Source: an uncultured Actinomycetes bacterium
GTDB taxonomy: Bacteria > Actinomycetota > Thermoleophilia > Solirubrobacterales > Solirubrobacteraceae
Direction of reading: 5' to 3'
DNA: 64,000 nt
Assembly: GCA_963746145.1 (NCBI GenBank)
Contig: CAVVAC010000003.1
Span: forward strand, 1,124,557-1,188,556
Shown one piece after another: positions 1 through 8,078 of the stretch. A model generated the notes under the pieces. That model had not been told where the DNA came from and did not search any database. It saw nothing but the letters and a program-made list of their open reading frames with translations. A program made the position numbers and the translations under genes. How positions within the stretch are numbered: the stretch's first letter is position 1; each line of letters begins with the position of its first letter.

Positions 1-1
1 C

Positions 2-82
2 GGCACGATCAAGGGCCGCATGCGGCTCGGGCTGGAGAAGATGCGCGGCCATCTCGACACGTCGACCGGGGTCCTCTCATGA
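2..82 (+). CDS. ECF sigma factor C-terminal fragment (SigK-like), truncated by window edge
   Basis: Frame from nt 2 reads GTIKGRMRLGLEKMR (sigma region 4 end). Its TGA overlaps the ATG of the anti-sigma gene (ATGA 79-82). Confidence 0.65.
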   Translation, partial: GTIKGRMRLGLEKMRGHLDTSTGVLS

Positions 83-834
83 CCGACCGCTGCTCGCATG
101 CCGACACCGTCGCGGCCTACCTGCTCGGCGCGCTGGTCGAGCAAGAGCGCCTCGGCTTCGAGCGCCACCTCTCCGGCTGCCCGACCTGCCGCGACGACGT
201 CGCCGCGCTACAGCGTGTCGTCGACGTGCTGCCCGCCGCGGCCGAGGCGGTCGCGCCGTCGCCCGCGCTGCGTGGGCGCCTGATGGCGACCGTGCGCGCC
301 GAGGCGGAGCTGCTCAACGCCGCCGGGCCGAGCGCCGACAAGCCCGTCAAGGTGCGTCGCGCCCCGCGGGTCGACGGGCTCCCGGCCTGGCTCGGGCGCC
401 CGTTCGCGCTCGCCGGCAGCGCCGCTGCGCTGGCGCTGGTGGGCGTGCTCGCGGGCTTCGGCCTGCATGCCGCGACCGACAGCGGCAGCGGCCCGACGCG
501 CACCGTCGTGCAGGTGCGCACCGTGGAGGCGAAGGTCGATCGCGGCGCGGCGCCGAACGGCAACGCCTTCGTGGTGCTGCGCAGCGGCGTCGCGACGCTG
601 CGGGTCAAGGGCCTGCCGGCGCCGCCGCGGGGCTACGTCTACGAGGTCTGGTTGCTGAAGCGCGGCGCTGCCGCGCCGACGCGCACGGATGCGCTCTTCG
701 GCGTCGACCACCACGGCAACGGTCGCGTCGCGCTGCCGAGCGTGCGCGGCTCCGAGGCGGTGCTCGTGACCGCCGAGCCCGACGGCGGCAGCTCGACGCC
801 GACGAGCCAGCCGGTCATCACCGCGCCGCTTTAG
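79..834 (+). CDS. rskA: Anti-sigma-K factor RskA-like protein
   Basis: N-terminal ZAS motif HLSGCPTC, one TM segment, C-terminal GRGYVYEVW...AVLVTAEPDGGS..PT domain typical of RskA; coupled to the upstream sigma. Confidence 0.8.
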   Translation: MTDRCSHADTVAAYLLGALVEQERLGFERHLSGCPTCRDDVAALQRVVDVLPAAAEAVAPSPALRGRLMATVRAEAELLNAAGPSADKPVKVRRAPRVDGLPAWLGRPFALAGSAAALALVGVLAGFGLHAATDSGSGPTRTVVQVRTVEAKVDRGAAPNGNAFVVLRSGVATLRVKGLPAPPRGYVYEVWLLKRGAAAPTRTDALFGVDHHGNGRVALPSVRGSEAVLVTAEPDGGSSTPTSQPVITAPL

Positions 835-905
835 GAGAGTCTCGCCAGACCCTTCTGGACCCCTCAGCTGGGCGAAAGGTCCGGCTGATACGGTCCGGCC
901 GCACG

Positions 906-1751
906 ATGCCGACCTGCTACCGCCATCCGACGCGCGAGACGCGGGTCTCCTGCTCCTCGTGCGGGCGTCCGATCTGCCCGGACTGCATGACCTCGACACC
1001 CGTCGGGATGCGCTGCCCGGAGTGCGCGCGCGATCGCACGCAGGTGCGGCGTCTGCGCACGTCCTCCTCGCGCCCGCCCGTCACGAGCGCGCTGATCGCG
1101 CTCAACGTCGCCGCTTTCTTGGCCGAGCTGGCCGGCGGCGGGACGCTCGGCAGCGCCGGCAGCGGCAGCGTCTTCGACCACGGCGCGCTGTACGGGCCGC
1201 TGGTCGCCGAGCACCACGACTGGTGGCGGATCGTCACCTCCGGCTTCCTGCACGCGGGGCCCACCCACATCCTCTTCAACATGTGGTTCGTGTGGGTGCT
1301 CGGCGCGATGCTCGAGCCCGCGATCGGCAGCGTGCGCTTCGCCCTGCTCTACGCGACCGCGCTGCTGTGCGGCTCCTTCGGCGTGCTGCTGCTGCAACCC
1401 GAGAGCGTGACGGTCGGCGCCTCGGGCGCGGCCTTCGGGCTGCTGGGCGCCGCGATCGTCGAGCTGCGCGCCCGCGGGATCGACATCTGGGCCTCCGGGC
1501 TCGGGTTCGTCGCCGTCTTCAACTTCGCGATGACGTTCGTGCTGCCGGGAATCTCGATCGGCGCGCACGTCGGCGGCTTCCTCGGCGGGATGCTCGTCGG
1601 CGCGCTCTACCGCGAGGCCGATCGCCGCCGGCTGCCCGAGCCGCTCGCGCTCGCGCTGTGCGTGGCGCTTGCGCTCGCCGCCTTCGCCGGTGCGATCGCG
1701 GTGGCCGGCTCGGCCGGCCTGCTGGGCAACTCGCACACCTCGCTGCTCTAG
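906..1751 (+). CDS. Rhomboid intramembrane serine protease with N-terminal B-box-like Zn finger
   Basis: CYRHP..C..C..PICPDC N-terminus; WRIVTSGFLH, GASGA (catalytic Ser), AHVGG (catalytic His). Confidence 0.92.
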   Translation: MPTCYRHPTRETRVSCSSCGRPICPDCMTSTPVGMRCPECARDRTQVRRLRTSSSRPPVTSALIALNVAAFLAELAGGGTLGSAGSGSVFDHGALYGPLVAEHHDWWRIVTSGFLHAGPTHILFNMWFVWVLGAMLEPAIGSVRFALLYATALLCGSFGVLLLQPESVTVGASGAAFGLLGAAIVELRARGIDIWASGLGFVAVFNFAMTFVLPGISIGAHVGGFLGGMLVGALYREADRRRLPEPLALALCVALALAAFAGAIAVAGSAGLLGNSHTSLL

Positions 1752-1761
1752 CTGCCGGCCC

Positions 1762-1799
1762 AAAGAAAAGCGCCGGACGGTCGAGACCGCCCGGCGCTT
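1762..1799 (-). terminator. Intrinsic terminator between convergent genes
   Basis: AAGCGCCGG/CCGGCGCTT 9-bp arms plus inner CGGT/ACCG stem; A-tract at 1762-1769 gives a U-tract on the minus strand. Confidence 0.75.
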
Positions 1800-1828
1800 G
1801 AATGCTGCGAACAGCTGGCAGGCGTCGC

Positions 1829-2608
1829 CTACCGCTTGCAGGCGATCGTCCCGTCGGCGGGGATCGCCTTCGCCTGCACGTTCGTGACGGCGTCGGAGAA
1901 GTTGAGGACGCTGTGCACCGGAGCTTTGCCGCTCTTCGGGCACTTGATCCCCTCGATGTAGCCGCGCTTGACGCCCTTGACGTTGATGGTCGCGAACGTC
2001 TTGAGCTGGATCCGCTTCACGACGATCGGGCCGTCGAGAATCGTTTGCAGCTTCGGGGGCACCGAGACGGGCACCCGGTAGGCGTACTTGCCGCTCGTCT
2101 TGATCAGCTTGTTGCTGAACGACTCGTTGATCACGGCCGGGCGGATGATGCTGATGTTCGTGACGATGCTCTTGCCGCCGGGGCCGTTGAAGAGCGTGAC
2201 CGCGCCGGTCGAGCTGACGCCGAGGTCGACGGCCGTGCCGTAGGCGGTGCCGCCTCCGATCTTCGAGCCCTTCGGACAGGCGGACAGGCGACCGTGCGCC
2301 TTGTTGAGGATCGCAACGGTGCAGGAGGGGAAGAGCTTGCCGTTCGCGACGGCGCCCTGCGGGAAGTCGTACTCGAGCGACTTCAGCACGTACACGGTGC
2401 CGCCGGGCTGCTTGATCTTCGTGTCGAGACTGAGGGCGATCGGCGTGCCATGGCCGTTGACAGGCGGGTTCTGCGCCTTGTTCGGCGAGATGCTGGCCGT
2501 CAATGTGGCGGTCGGCATGGGGGCGTCGGCTGCCGGAGCCGTGGCGGCGAGCAGCAGGGTGGCAACTCCAGCTGCGGACGCGATGCGTGCTACGCGATTT
2601 CTGAGCAT
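1829..2608 (-). CDS. Secreted Lys-rich hypothetical protein
   Basis: MLRNRVARIASAAGVATLLLAATAPAADA signal peptide; high GC3; 4 Cys. The upstream part of the tracked 381-aa ORF is a shadow of the neighbouring gene. Confidence 0.8.
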   Translation of the reverse strand: MLRNRVARIASAAGVATLLLAATAPAADAPMPTATLTASISPNKAQNPPVNGHGTPIALSLDTKIKQPGGTVYVLKSLEYDFPQGAVANGKLFPSCTVAILNKAHGRLSACPKGSKIGGGTAYGTAVDLGVSSTGAVTLFNGPGGKSIVTNISIIRPAVINESFSNKLIKTSGKYAYRVPVSVPPKLQTILDGPIVVKRIQLKTFATINVKGVKRGYIEGIKCPKSGKAPVHSVLNFSDAVTNVQAKAIPADGTIACKR

Positions 2609-2654
2609 TCCATCATTGTAAACGCAGGTGTCCGCCGACAAACCCGATTCTCGG

Positions 2655-3545
2655 TCAGAGCTCGACGGTGAGCGCCGTCCCCGGCGCGTCGGGCACGGCC
2701 TCGGGGTGCAGCACGTGCGCGAGCAGCTCGAGCCCGTCGACGAGTCGGGGCCCCGGGCGCGAGAAGTAGGCGGCGGCGTCGACCGCGACCACCTCGCCCG
2801 CTCCGACCTTCGCGAGCCGCTCTCCGAACAGCAGCGCCTCCGCGTGCGCGCGCGGCGCGTCGTAGCCGCACGGCATCGCCACGACGACGTCGGGCTCGGC
2901 CGCCGCGACCTGCTCCCACGAGCAGCGCTCCGAGTGCTCGCCGGGCATCCCGAGCACGTCGAAACCGCCCGCATACTCGATCAGCTGCGGCGTCCAGTGG
3001 CCGGCGACGTAGACGGGGTCGAGCCACTCCAGCGCAACGACGCGCAGCGGCCGCCGGCCGCGCACCGCCAGGCGCACGCGGTCGATCCGCGCGGCCGCCT
3101 CCTGCACGAGCGCGACGCCGGCGTCCTTGCGGTCGGTCGCCTGCGCGAGCGTGCGCGCGTCGCCCAGCACCTCGCCGAGCGTGTGCGGGTCGAGCGAGAT
3201 CACGCGCGGGTGCGACTCGATCTCCTGCGCGATCGCGCGCACGTCGCCGAACGAGACGGCGCAGACCGCGCACAGCGCCTGCGTCACGATCAGGTCCGGC
3301 GCCAGCTCGTGCAGCGCCTCCGCGTCGAGCTCGTAGATCGCCTCGCCCTGGTCGGTGCGGGCGCGCACGGCGGCGTCGATCTGGCCGGCCGTGAGGTCGC
3401 CGGGCAGCGTGTCGCGCGTGACCTTCGGCAGCTCCAGCGCGGCCGGCGGCCAGTCGCACTCGTGCGTGACGGCGACGACCTCCTCGTCGAGTCCCAGCGC
3501 GAACAGCAGCTCCGTCGCGGAGGGGACGAGACTGACGATGCGCAC
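2655..3545 (-). CDS. BtuF-like cobalamin/Fe-siderophore binding-fold protein
   Basis: RIVSLVPSATELLFALG, VAVTHECDWP, PDLIVTQ..C.VC, YFSRPGPRLVDGLE motifs; GTG start at 3545. Confidence 0.85.
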   Translation of the reverse strand: MRIVSLVPSATELLFALGLDEEVVAVTHECDWPPAALELPKVTRDTLPGDLTAGQIDAAVRARTDQGEAIYELDAEALHELAPDLIVTQALCAVCAVSFGDVRAIAQEIESHPRVISLDPHTLGEVLGDARTLAQATDRKDAGVALVQEAAARIDRVRLAVRGRRPLRVVALEWLDPVYVAGHWTPQLIEYAGGFDVLGMPGEHSERCSWEQVAAAEPDVVVAMPCGYDAPRAHAEALLFGERLAKVGAGEVVAVDAAAYFSRPGPRLVDGLELLAHVLHPEAVPDAPGTALTVEL

Positions 3546-3583
3546 GGCGGCTCCTCGGGTAGGGTCAGCGGCATGAGGACGAT

Positions 3584-3862
3584 ATGGCACTGCTGAGCGA
3601 CGACGAGCTCTCCGCGCGGCTCGACGACGGCGACTGGCGCAGGGAGCAGGACACGATCGTGCGCGACTGGCGGCTGGCCGACTTCGCGGCTGCGATCGCG
3701 TTCGTCGAGCGCGTCGCGCAGCTGGCCGAGGACGCCGACCACCACCCGGACATCCTCGTGCACGGTTGGAACAAGGTCCGCCTGACGCTCTCGACCCACT
3801 CCGAGGGCGGCGTCACCGAGGCGGATCTCGCGCTCGCCGCGCGCATCGACGCACTCGCGTGA
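3584..3862 (+). CDS. phhB: Pterin-4-alpha-carbinolamine dehydratase
   Basis: AE..DHHPDI...WNKV.LTLSTHSEGGVTE.D motif; 92 aa. Confidence 0.92.
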   Translation: MALLSDDELSARLDDGDWRREQDTIVRDWRLADFAAAIAFVERVAQLAEDADHHPDILVHGWNKVRLTLSTHSEGGVTEADLALAARIDALA

Positions 3863-3914
3863 GCAGGTGCGGCGGTGACGCCAACCCCGACTGCTACGGT
3901 TCGCCGACCAGTCG

Positions 3915-3971
3915 ATGAGCGACGACGACCTGTCTCGAAGTAGCAGCGCCCCTGCGGGGGCCGCACGATGA
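3915..3971 (+). CDS. Putative leader peptide MSDDDLSRSSSAPAGAAR, coupled to the CorC gene
   Basis: ATG at 3915; TGA 3969-3971 overlaps the downstream ATG; extended -10 TGcTACGGT at 3892-3900; downstream gene has no SD. Confidence 0.45.
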   Translation: MSDDDLSRSSSAPAGAAR

Positions 3972-5269
3972 CCGCGCTCCTGCTCGTCGGGCTGCTGGCG
4001 CTCGTCGCCATCAACGGCTTCTTCGTGGCCGCCGAGTTCGCGCTCGTGCGTGCGCGCCGCTCGCGCATCGAGGAGATGGCGCAGGACGGCGAGGCCGGCG
4101 CGGAGACGGCGCTGATCGAGCTGGGGGAGATCACCGAGTACCTGTCGGCCTGCCAGCTGGGTGTCACGCTCGCCTCGATCGGCATCGGCTTCCTGGGCGA
4201 GCCGGCGATCGCCAAGCTGATCGAGCCGGCCTTCGGCAACAGCATCTCGCACGGTCTCGCGGCGGCGATCAGCATCCTGATCGCCTACTTGATCGTGACC
4301 GTCGTGCACATCACGGTCGGCGAGCAGGTGCCGAAGGTGCTCGCGATCCAGCGCGCCGACGCGACCGTGCGCCGCATCTCGCGGCCGTTGCACGTCTTCG
4401 CGCGCGCGTTCCACCCGTTCGTCGTGATGCTGAACGGCGCCTCCAGCGGGATCCTGCGGCTGCTGCGCGTCGACCCGCTGGTCGGCGAGGACGCCGGCGG
4501 GACGCCCGAGGAGCTCAAGCAGCTGATCGCCGAGTCCTACACCGGCGGCAAGCTCGACGAGGGCGAGGCGGGCATGCTGGCCGGCGTCTTCCACCTGCAC
4601 GAGCAGGAGGCGCGCCAGGTGATGACGCCGATCCCGGCGGTCGTCACGGTCGACGTCTCGGAGACGTGCGAGACCGCGCTGCGCCGCTGCGTCGACTCCG
4701 GCCACACGCGCCTCGTCGTGACCGAGGACGAGAACACCGACCGCATCCGCGGGCTCGTGCACGCCAACTCGCTCGTGCAGCTGCTGATGGGCGAGGGCCC
4801 GACGGCGACGATCGAGGGGCTCGTGCGCGACGCGCCGATCGTGCCGGAGACGAAGCCACTCGACGACCTGCTCGCGGAGCTGCAGCGGCTGCGCAGCTCG
4901 ATGGCCGTCGTGGTCGACGAGTACGGGCGCACGGCCGGCGTCGTGACCGTCGAGGACATCATCGAGGAGATCGTCGGCGAGATCGCCGACGAGACCGATC
5001 CCGCGGCCGGCGGCGTGCGGCGGCTCCCCAACGGCGACTGGTTCGTGCGCGGGCACGTCGCGGTGACGGATCTCGAGGACTACGGGCTCGAGCTGCCGGT
5101 CGACACCGACGCCTACAACTCGGTCGGCGGCTTCGTCTTCGCCGAGCTGGGCCGGCTTCCCAAGCGCGGCGACACGGTCGCGGCGAACGGCTTCTCGATC
5201 CGCGTCGAGTCGGTGCGCGAGAACCGCATCGAGGCGGTGCGGATCTCCGAGCGCCGCGCCAGCCCGTAG
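3968..5269 (+). CDS. HlyC/CorC (CNNM/DUF21-CBS-CorC) family transporter
   Basis: NGFFVAAEFALV, CQLGVTLASIG.G..GEP, GEQVPK, CBS pair, VVDEYG.TAGVVTVEDIIEEIVGEI.DE, C-terminal CorC domain. Confidence 0.93.
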   Translation: MTALLLVGLLALVAINGFFVAAEFALVRARRSRIEEMAQDGEAGAETALIELGEITEYLSACQLGVTLASIGIGFLGEPAIAKLIEPAFGNSISHGLAAAISILIAYLIVTVVHITVGEQVPKVLAIQRADATVRRISRPLHVFARAFHPFVVMLNGASSGILRLLRVDPLVGEDAGGTPEELKQLIAESYTGGKLDEGEAGMLAGVFHLHEQEARQVMTPIPAVVTVDVSETCETALRRCVDSGHTRLVVTEDENTDRIRGLVHANSLVQLLMGEGPTATIEGLVRDAPIVPETKPLDDLLAELQRLRSSMAVVVDEYGRTAGVVTVEDIIEEIVGEIADETDPAAGGVRRLPNGDWFVRGHVAVTDLEDYGLELPVDTDAYNSVGGFVFAELGRLPKRGDTVAANGFSIRVESVRENRIEAVRISERRASP

Positions 5270-5414
5270 GCTGCGCCGCGAACTTCCTCAAACCTGACCA
5301 GACCGCACGAAAGCTGACGACGCGCTACCTTGCGCGAACCAGCTGCTGGGCAGCGTCCGGCGGTTGAGCTGGAGGAGAGAGCAGGACGTGTGGACTCGGT
5401 GGGGTCCGTTCACG

Positions 5415-5448
5415 ACGAAGCCGGCCCGCGTCCACGGGCCGGCTTCGT
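5415..5448. terminator. Perfect 14-bp GC-rich hairpin (terminator-like)
   Basis: ACGAAGCCGGCCCG (5415-5428), loop CGTCCA, CGGGCCGGCTTCGT (5435-5448). Confidence 0.7.
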
Positions 5449-5552
5449 GCTTCTGGGAGGAGGTGCTGCTGTGAGGTACGTCGCGTGCTCAGTATGCGCT
5501 GCGCAGGTGAAGTGACGATAAGCAGCCCCTGAGATTCCTCTCATGTGGCCGG

Positions 5553-6350
5553 CTACGTGTAGTCGTGAAATCCGCGACCGGTCTTCTTGCCGAGGCGCCC
5601 GGCGGCGACGAGGTCCTGGAGCGGCTGCGGCACCGGCGACTCGATCGCCTCGCCGATCGCCTTCGAGACGTCGAGCCCGACGTAGTCGAGCAGCGCGAGC
5701 GGCCCCATCGGGTGTCCGGCTCCCAGGCGCATGCACGTGTCGATCGCCTCCGGCGCGAGGCCGGTCTCCTGCATGAAGTCGACGGCGCTGAAGAGGTACG
5801 GGAACAGCAGCCGGTTGACGACGAAGCCGGCGATGTCCGGCACCTCGACGGCAGTCTTGCCGAGCGTCGCGCACAGCGCGCGAGCGCGCTCGCGCACCTG
5901 CTCGACGGCGTCGGGCGCGTAGGCCAGCTCGACGAGCGCCATCTTCGGCACCGGGTTGAAGACGTGCAGTCCGACGAAGCGGTCGGCGCGGCCGCTCTCC
6001 TGTGCGAGCGCCGTGACCGACAGCGAGGACGTCGTCGTCGCGAGCACCGCGTCGGCGCCAGCCACGCGGCCCAGCTCGGCGAGCACGCCGGCCTTCGTCG
6101 CATGGTCCTCGGCGACGGCCTCGACGAGGAACGTCGCGGGCGCCAGCTCCGCGAGCGTCGCGACGACCGTCACGCGCTCGGCGATCGGGTCCTCGCTGAG
6201 CTTCCCGCACCACTTCGCGACGGCGCCGCGCGCCCGCTCGGCGGACTGCTCCGAGCGCGCCCACAGCAGCACCTCGCCGTGCTGCGCCGCGGTCGCGGCC
6301 AAGCCGCATGCGATCGCTCCCGAGCCTGCGATCCCCAGCCGTTCCTCCAC
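5553..6350 (-). CDS. 3-hydroxyacyl-CoA (3-hydroxybutyryl-CoA) dehydrogenase
   Basis: GIAGSGAIA Rossmann motif, VEAVAE....K, TTTSSLS, GLHVFNPV, GFVVNRLL, GAGHPMGPL.LLD.VGLD, GRLGKKTGRGF. Confidence 0.92.
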   Translation of the reverse strand: MEERLGIAGSGAIACGLAATAAQHGEVLLWARSEQSAERARGAVAKWCGKLSEDPIAERVTVVATLAELAPATFLVEAVAEDHATKAGVLAELGRVAGADAVLATTTSSLSVTALAQESGRADRFVGLHVFNPVPKMALVELAYAPDAVEQVRERARALCATLGKTAVEVPDIAGFVVNRLLFPYLFSAVDFMQETGLAPEAIDTCMRLGAGHPMGPLALLDYVGLDVSKAIGEAIESPVPQPLQDLVAAGRLGKKTGRGFHDYT

Positions 6351-6406
6351 CCGAATTGCTCCTTAGGTCGTCTCGTCGGTCGGGCGGAAGAGTACGGATC
6401 GGGCGC

Positions 6407-6718
6407 TCAGGGGCGCGCTGCCAGCTCCACGACGGCCCGCGCGGTGCGGCAGCCGCGCACGCGACCGGGCCGGACGCCGTGGTCGATGCGCACGACGCGG
6501 CCGTGGCGATCGAGCCATACGAGGTCCAGCGCGAAGCGCATCCCGAACGTGTGGATCGAGCGCGTCCGCGGCAGCAGCAGCGCGGCGCCCGCGGGCAGCT
6601 CGCGCAGCCCCGCGAGCCCGAGCAGGCGCGCGAGCGGCCCGCGCGCGCAGCGCACGTCGAGCCGGGCGAGCGGCAGCGGCAGCGCGACGGACGGCAGGCG
6701 GCGCAGGCGGGGCGGCAC
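6407..6718 (-). CDS. DUF192 domain protein
   Basis: RLLGL, SIHTFGMRFALDLVWLD, VVEL.A pattern. Confidence 0.8.
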   Translation of the reverse strand: MPPRLRRLPSVALPLPLARLDVRCARGPLARLLGLAGLRELPAGAALLLPRTRSIHTFGMRFALDLVWLDRHGRVVRIDHGVRPGRVRGCRTARAVVELAARP

Positions 6719-6743
6719 GCCGGGCGGAGGCGTGCGCCCCCGC

Positions 6744-7811
6744 TCAGTCGCCCCAGCGGAAGCCGGTCGCCGACGGCTGCGGCGCCAGCGGGCTCGCGGG
6801 CAGCCCGTCGCCCGGCTCGGGCTCGTTGTAGCCCGTCGGCGCGATGTCGTTCGGCGTGTCGGGGTGGAACAGCGACGCGAGGTACTGCGCCTGCCCGCGC
6901 CCGGGGCCGAGCTCGAACTGCCCGCCGCCGTAGGCGCGGATGCCGTGCTCGGCGCAGTAGTCGTAGCCGGCGCAGAGGCGCTCCAGGCCGCCGAAGCGCG
7001 AGGGCTTGACGTTGACCATCAGCGGTGCGAACGGCAGCGCCTCGATGTCGGCGATCGAGTGGATCGGCGCGTCCCAGGTGATGCGGTCGTGGTGGGGCGC
7101 GAGCACCTCCTCGATGCCGGGTGCGCTCAGGTCGGGATCCTCCAGCCAGGCGTCCGGGAAGCCCTCGGCGATCGCGCGGTAGCGCTCGGGGTCGGCCGGG
7201 TTGTCGACGACCGTGCCCTTGTAGTGGCCCTTGAAGTCGACCGAGTCGACGGCGCCGGTCGCCGCCAGCGCGGCGATCGTCCGCGCGTCCCACGCGGGCG
7301 TCGGGTCGAGCTTGAAGCGCAGCGTCGGGTAGCGCTCCAGGAGCCGCTCGATCGGCGCCACGTCGGCGACGCCGTCCTGCTCCGGCAGCCGTCGCGAGTT
7401 GACGAACGTGAGCGGGGCCGCGGTGCGGCCGAGCGCCTCGTGCAGCGAGCGGCCGGCCTGGCGCAGCGCGAGGTCGAGCGCGGCCGAGTGGAAGGCCCAG
7501 CGGCGGTACAGCCGCGAGACCTCGCCGCGCAGCGGCTCGACCGGGAACAGGTCGAGCGCGTCGATCCGCGCGCAGAAGTCGCCGAGCGTCGTCGCGCCCG
7601 CGAGGTCGAGGTAGGCGCCGGCCTGCTGGAGGTGGTCCTGGTCCTCGGCGTCGTAGACGACGTCCTCGCCGACGCCCTCCGCGCCCGCGCCGTGCATGTG
7701 GATGACCGTCGTCTGGCGGCGGAAGCCGGTCGAGACGTCCTGCGCGAGGCCCTCCAGCGCGTAGGACTCGATCGTCAGCGGCAGGCTGGAGAGGAGGTCG
7801 TAGGTGCCCAT
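6744..7811 (-). CDS. Enolase-superfamily-like protein of unknown function
   Basis: FKLD, WLEDP, WDAPIH and VNVKPSRFG spaced like MLE/OSBS barrel residues; good GC3; -10 TAGTCT 6 nt upstream. Confidence 0.6.
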   Translation of the reverse strand: MGTYDLLSSLPLTIESYALEGLAQDVSTGFRRQTTVIHMHGAGAEGVGEDVVYDAEDQDHLQQAGAYLDLAGATTLGDFCARIDALDLFPVEPLRGEVSRLYRRWAFHSAALDLALRQAGRSLHEALGRTAAPLTFVNSRRLPEQDGVADVAPIERLLERYPTLRFKLDPTPAWDARTIAALAATGAVDSVDFKGHYKGTVVDNPADPERYRAIAEGFPDAWLEDPDLSAPGIEEVLAPHHDRITWDAPIHSIADIEALPFAPLMVNVKPSRFGGLERLCAGYDYCAEHGIRAYGGGQFELGPGRGQAQYLASLFHPDTPNDIAPTGYNEPEPGDGLPASPLAPQPSATGFRWGD

Positions 7812-7820
7812 CGCCTCAGA

Positions 7821-8078
7821 CTATGCGCTCGGCTCGGCGGGCGGCGGCTCCGTCGCGCCGCGCTCCAGCCGCGCGACCAGCTCGTCGAGGTGCAGCTCCT
7901 CCAGGCCCTTGCCGACCGCCTCCAGCTCGCCCGCGCACAGCTCGACCAGCCGGCGGCCCTCGGTCACCAGCTCGAGCGTCTCGCGCAGGCCCGCCTCGCC
8001 CGAGTCGAGCCGGCGGATGATCTGCTCGATGCGCGCGCTCGCCTGCTCGTAGGAGAGCGGCTCGGGGGACTCAGTCAT
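7821..8078 (-). CDS. xseB: Exodeoxyribonuclease VII small subunit
   Basis: LSYEQA..RIEQII..LDSG...L.E.L....EG..L...C pattern; overlaps the xseA end. Confidence 0.9.
   Translation of the reverse strand: MTESPEPLSYEQASARIEQIIRRLDSGEAGLRETLELVTEGRRLVELCAGELEAVGKGLEELHLDELVARLERGATEPPPAEPSA

Noticed and set aside
1829-2608. Horizontal acquisition inferred from lower GC
   Set aside because: Third positions remain G/C-rich; the lower GC reflects Lys/Ile/Asn content.
5388-5474. Trp attenuator leader (MWTRW...)
   Set aside because: Trp codons are not tandem, SD spacing is long and no trp gene follows.
5270-5552. SRP RNA, RNase P RNA, tmRNA, 6S, 6C or T-box identity for the structured spacer
   Set aside because: Hallmark motifs (SRP domain IV loop, GAGGAAAGUCC, tRNA-like ends, C-rich loops, T-box sequence) are absent and the 5' and 3' ends do not form a long closing stem.
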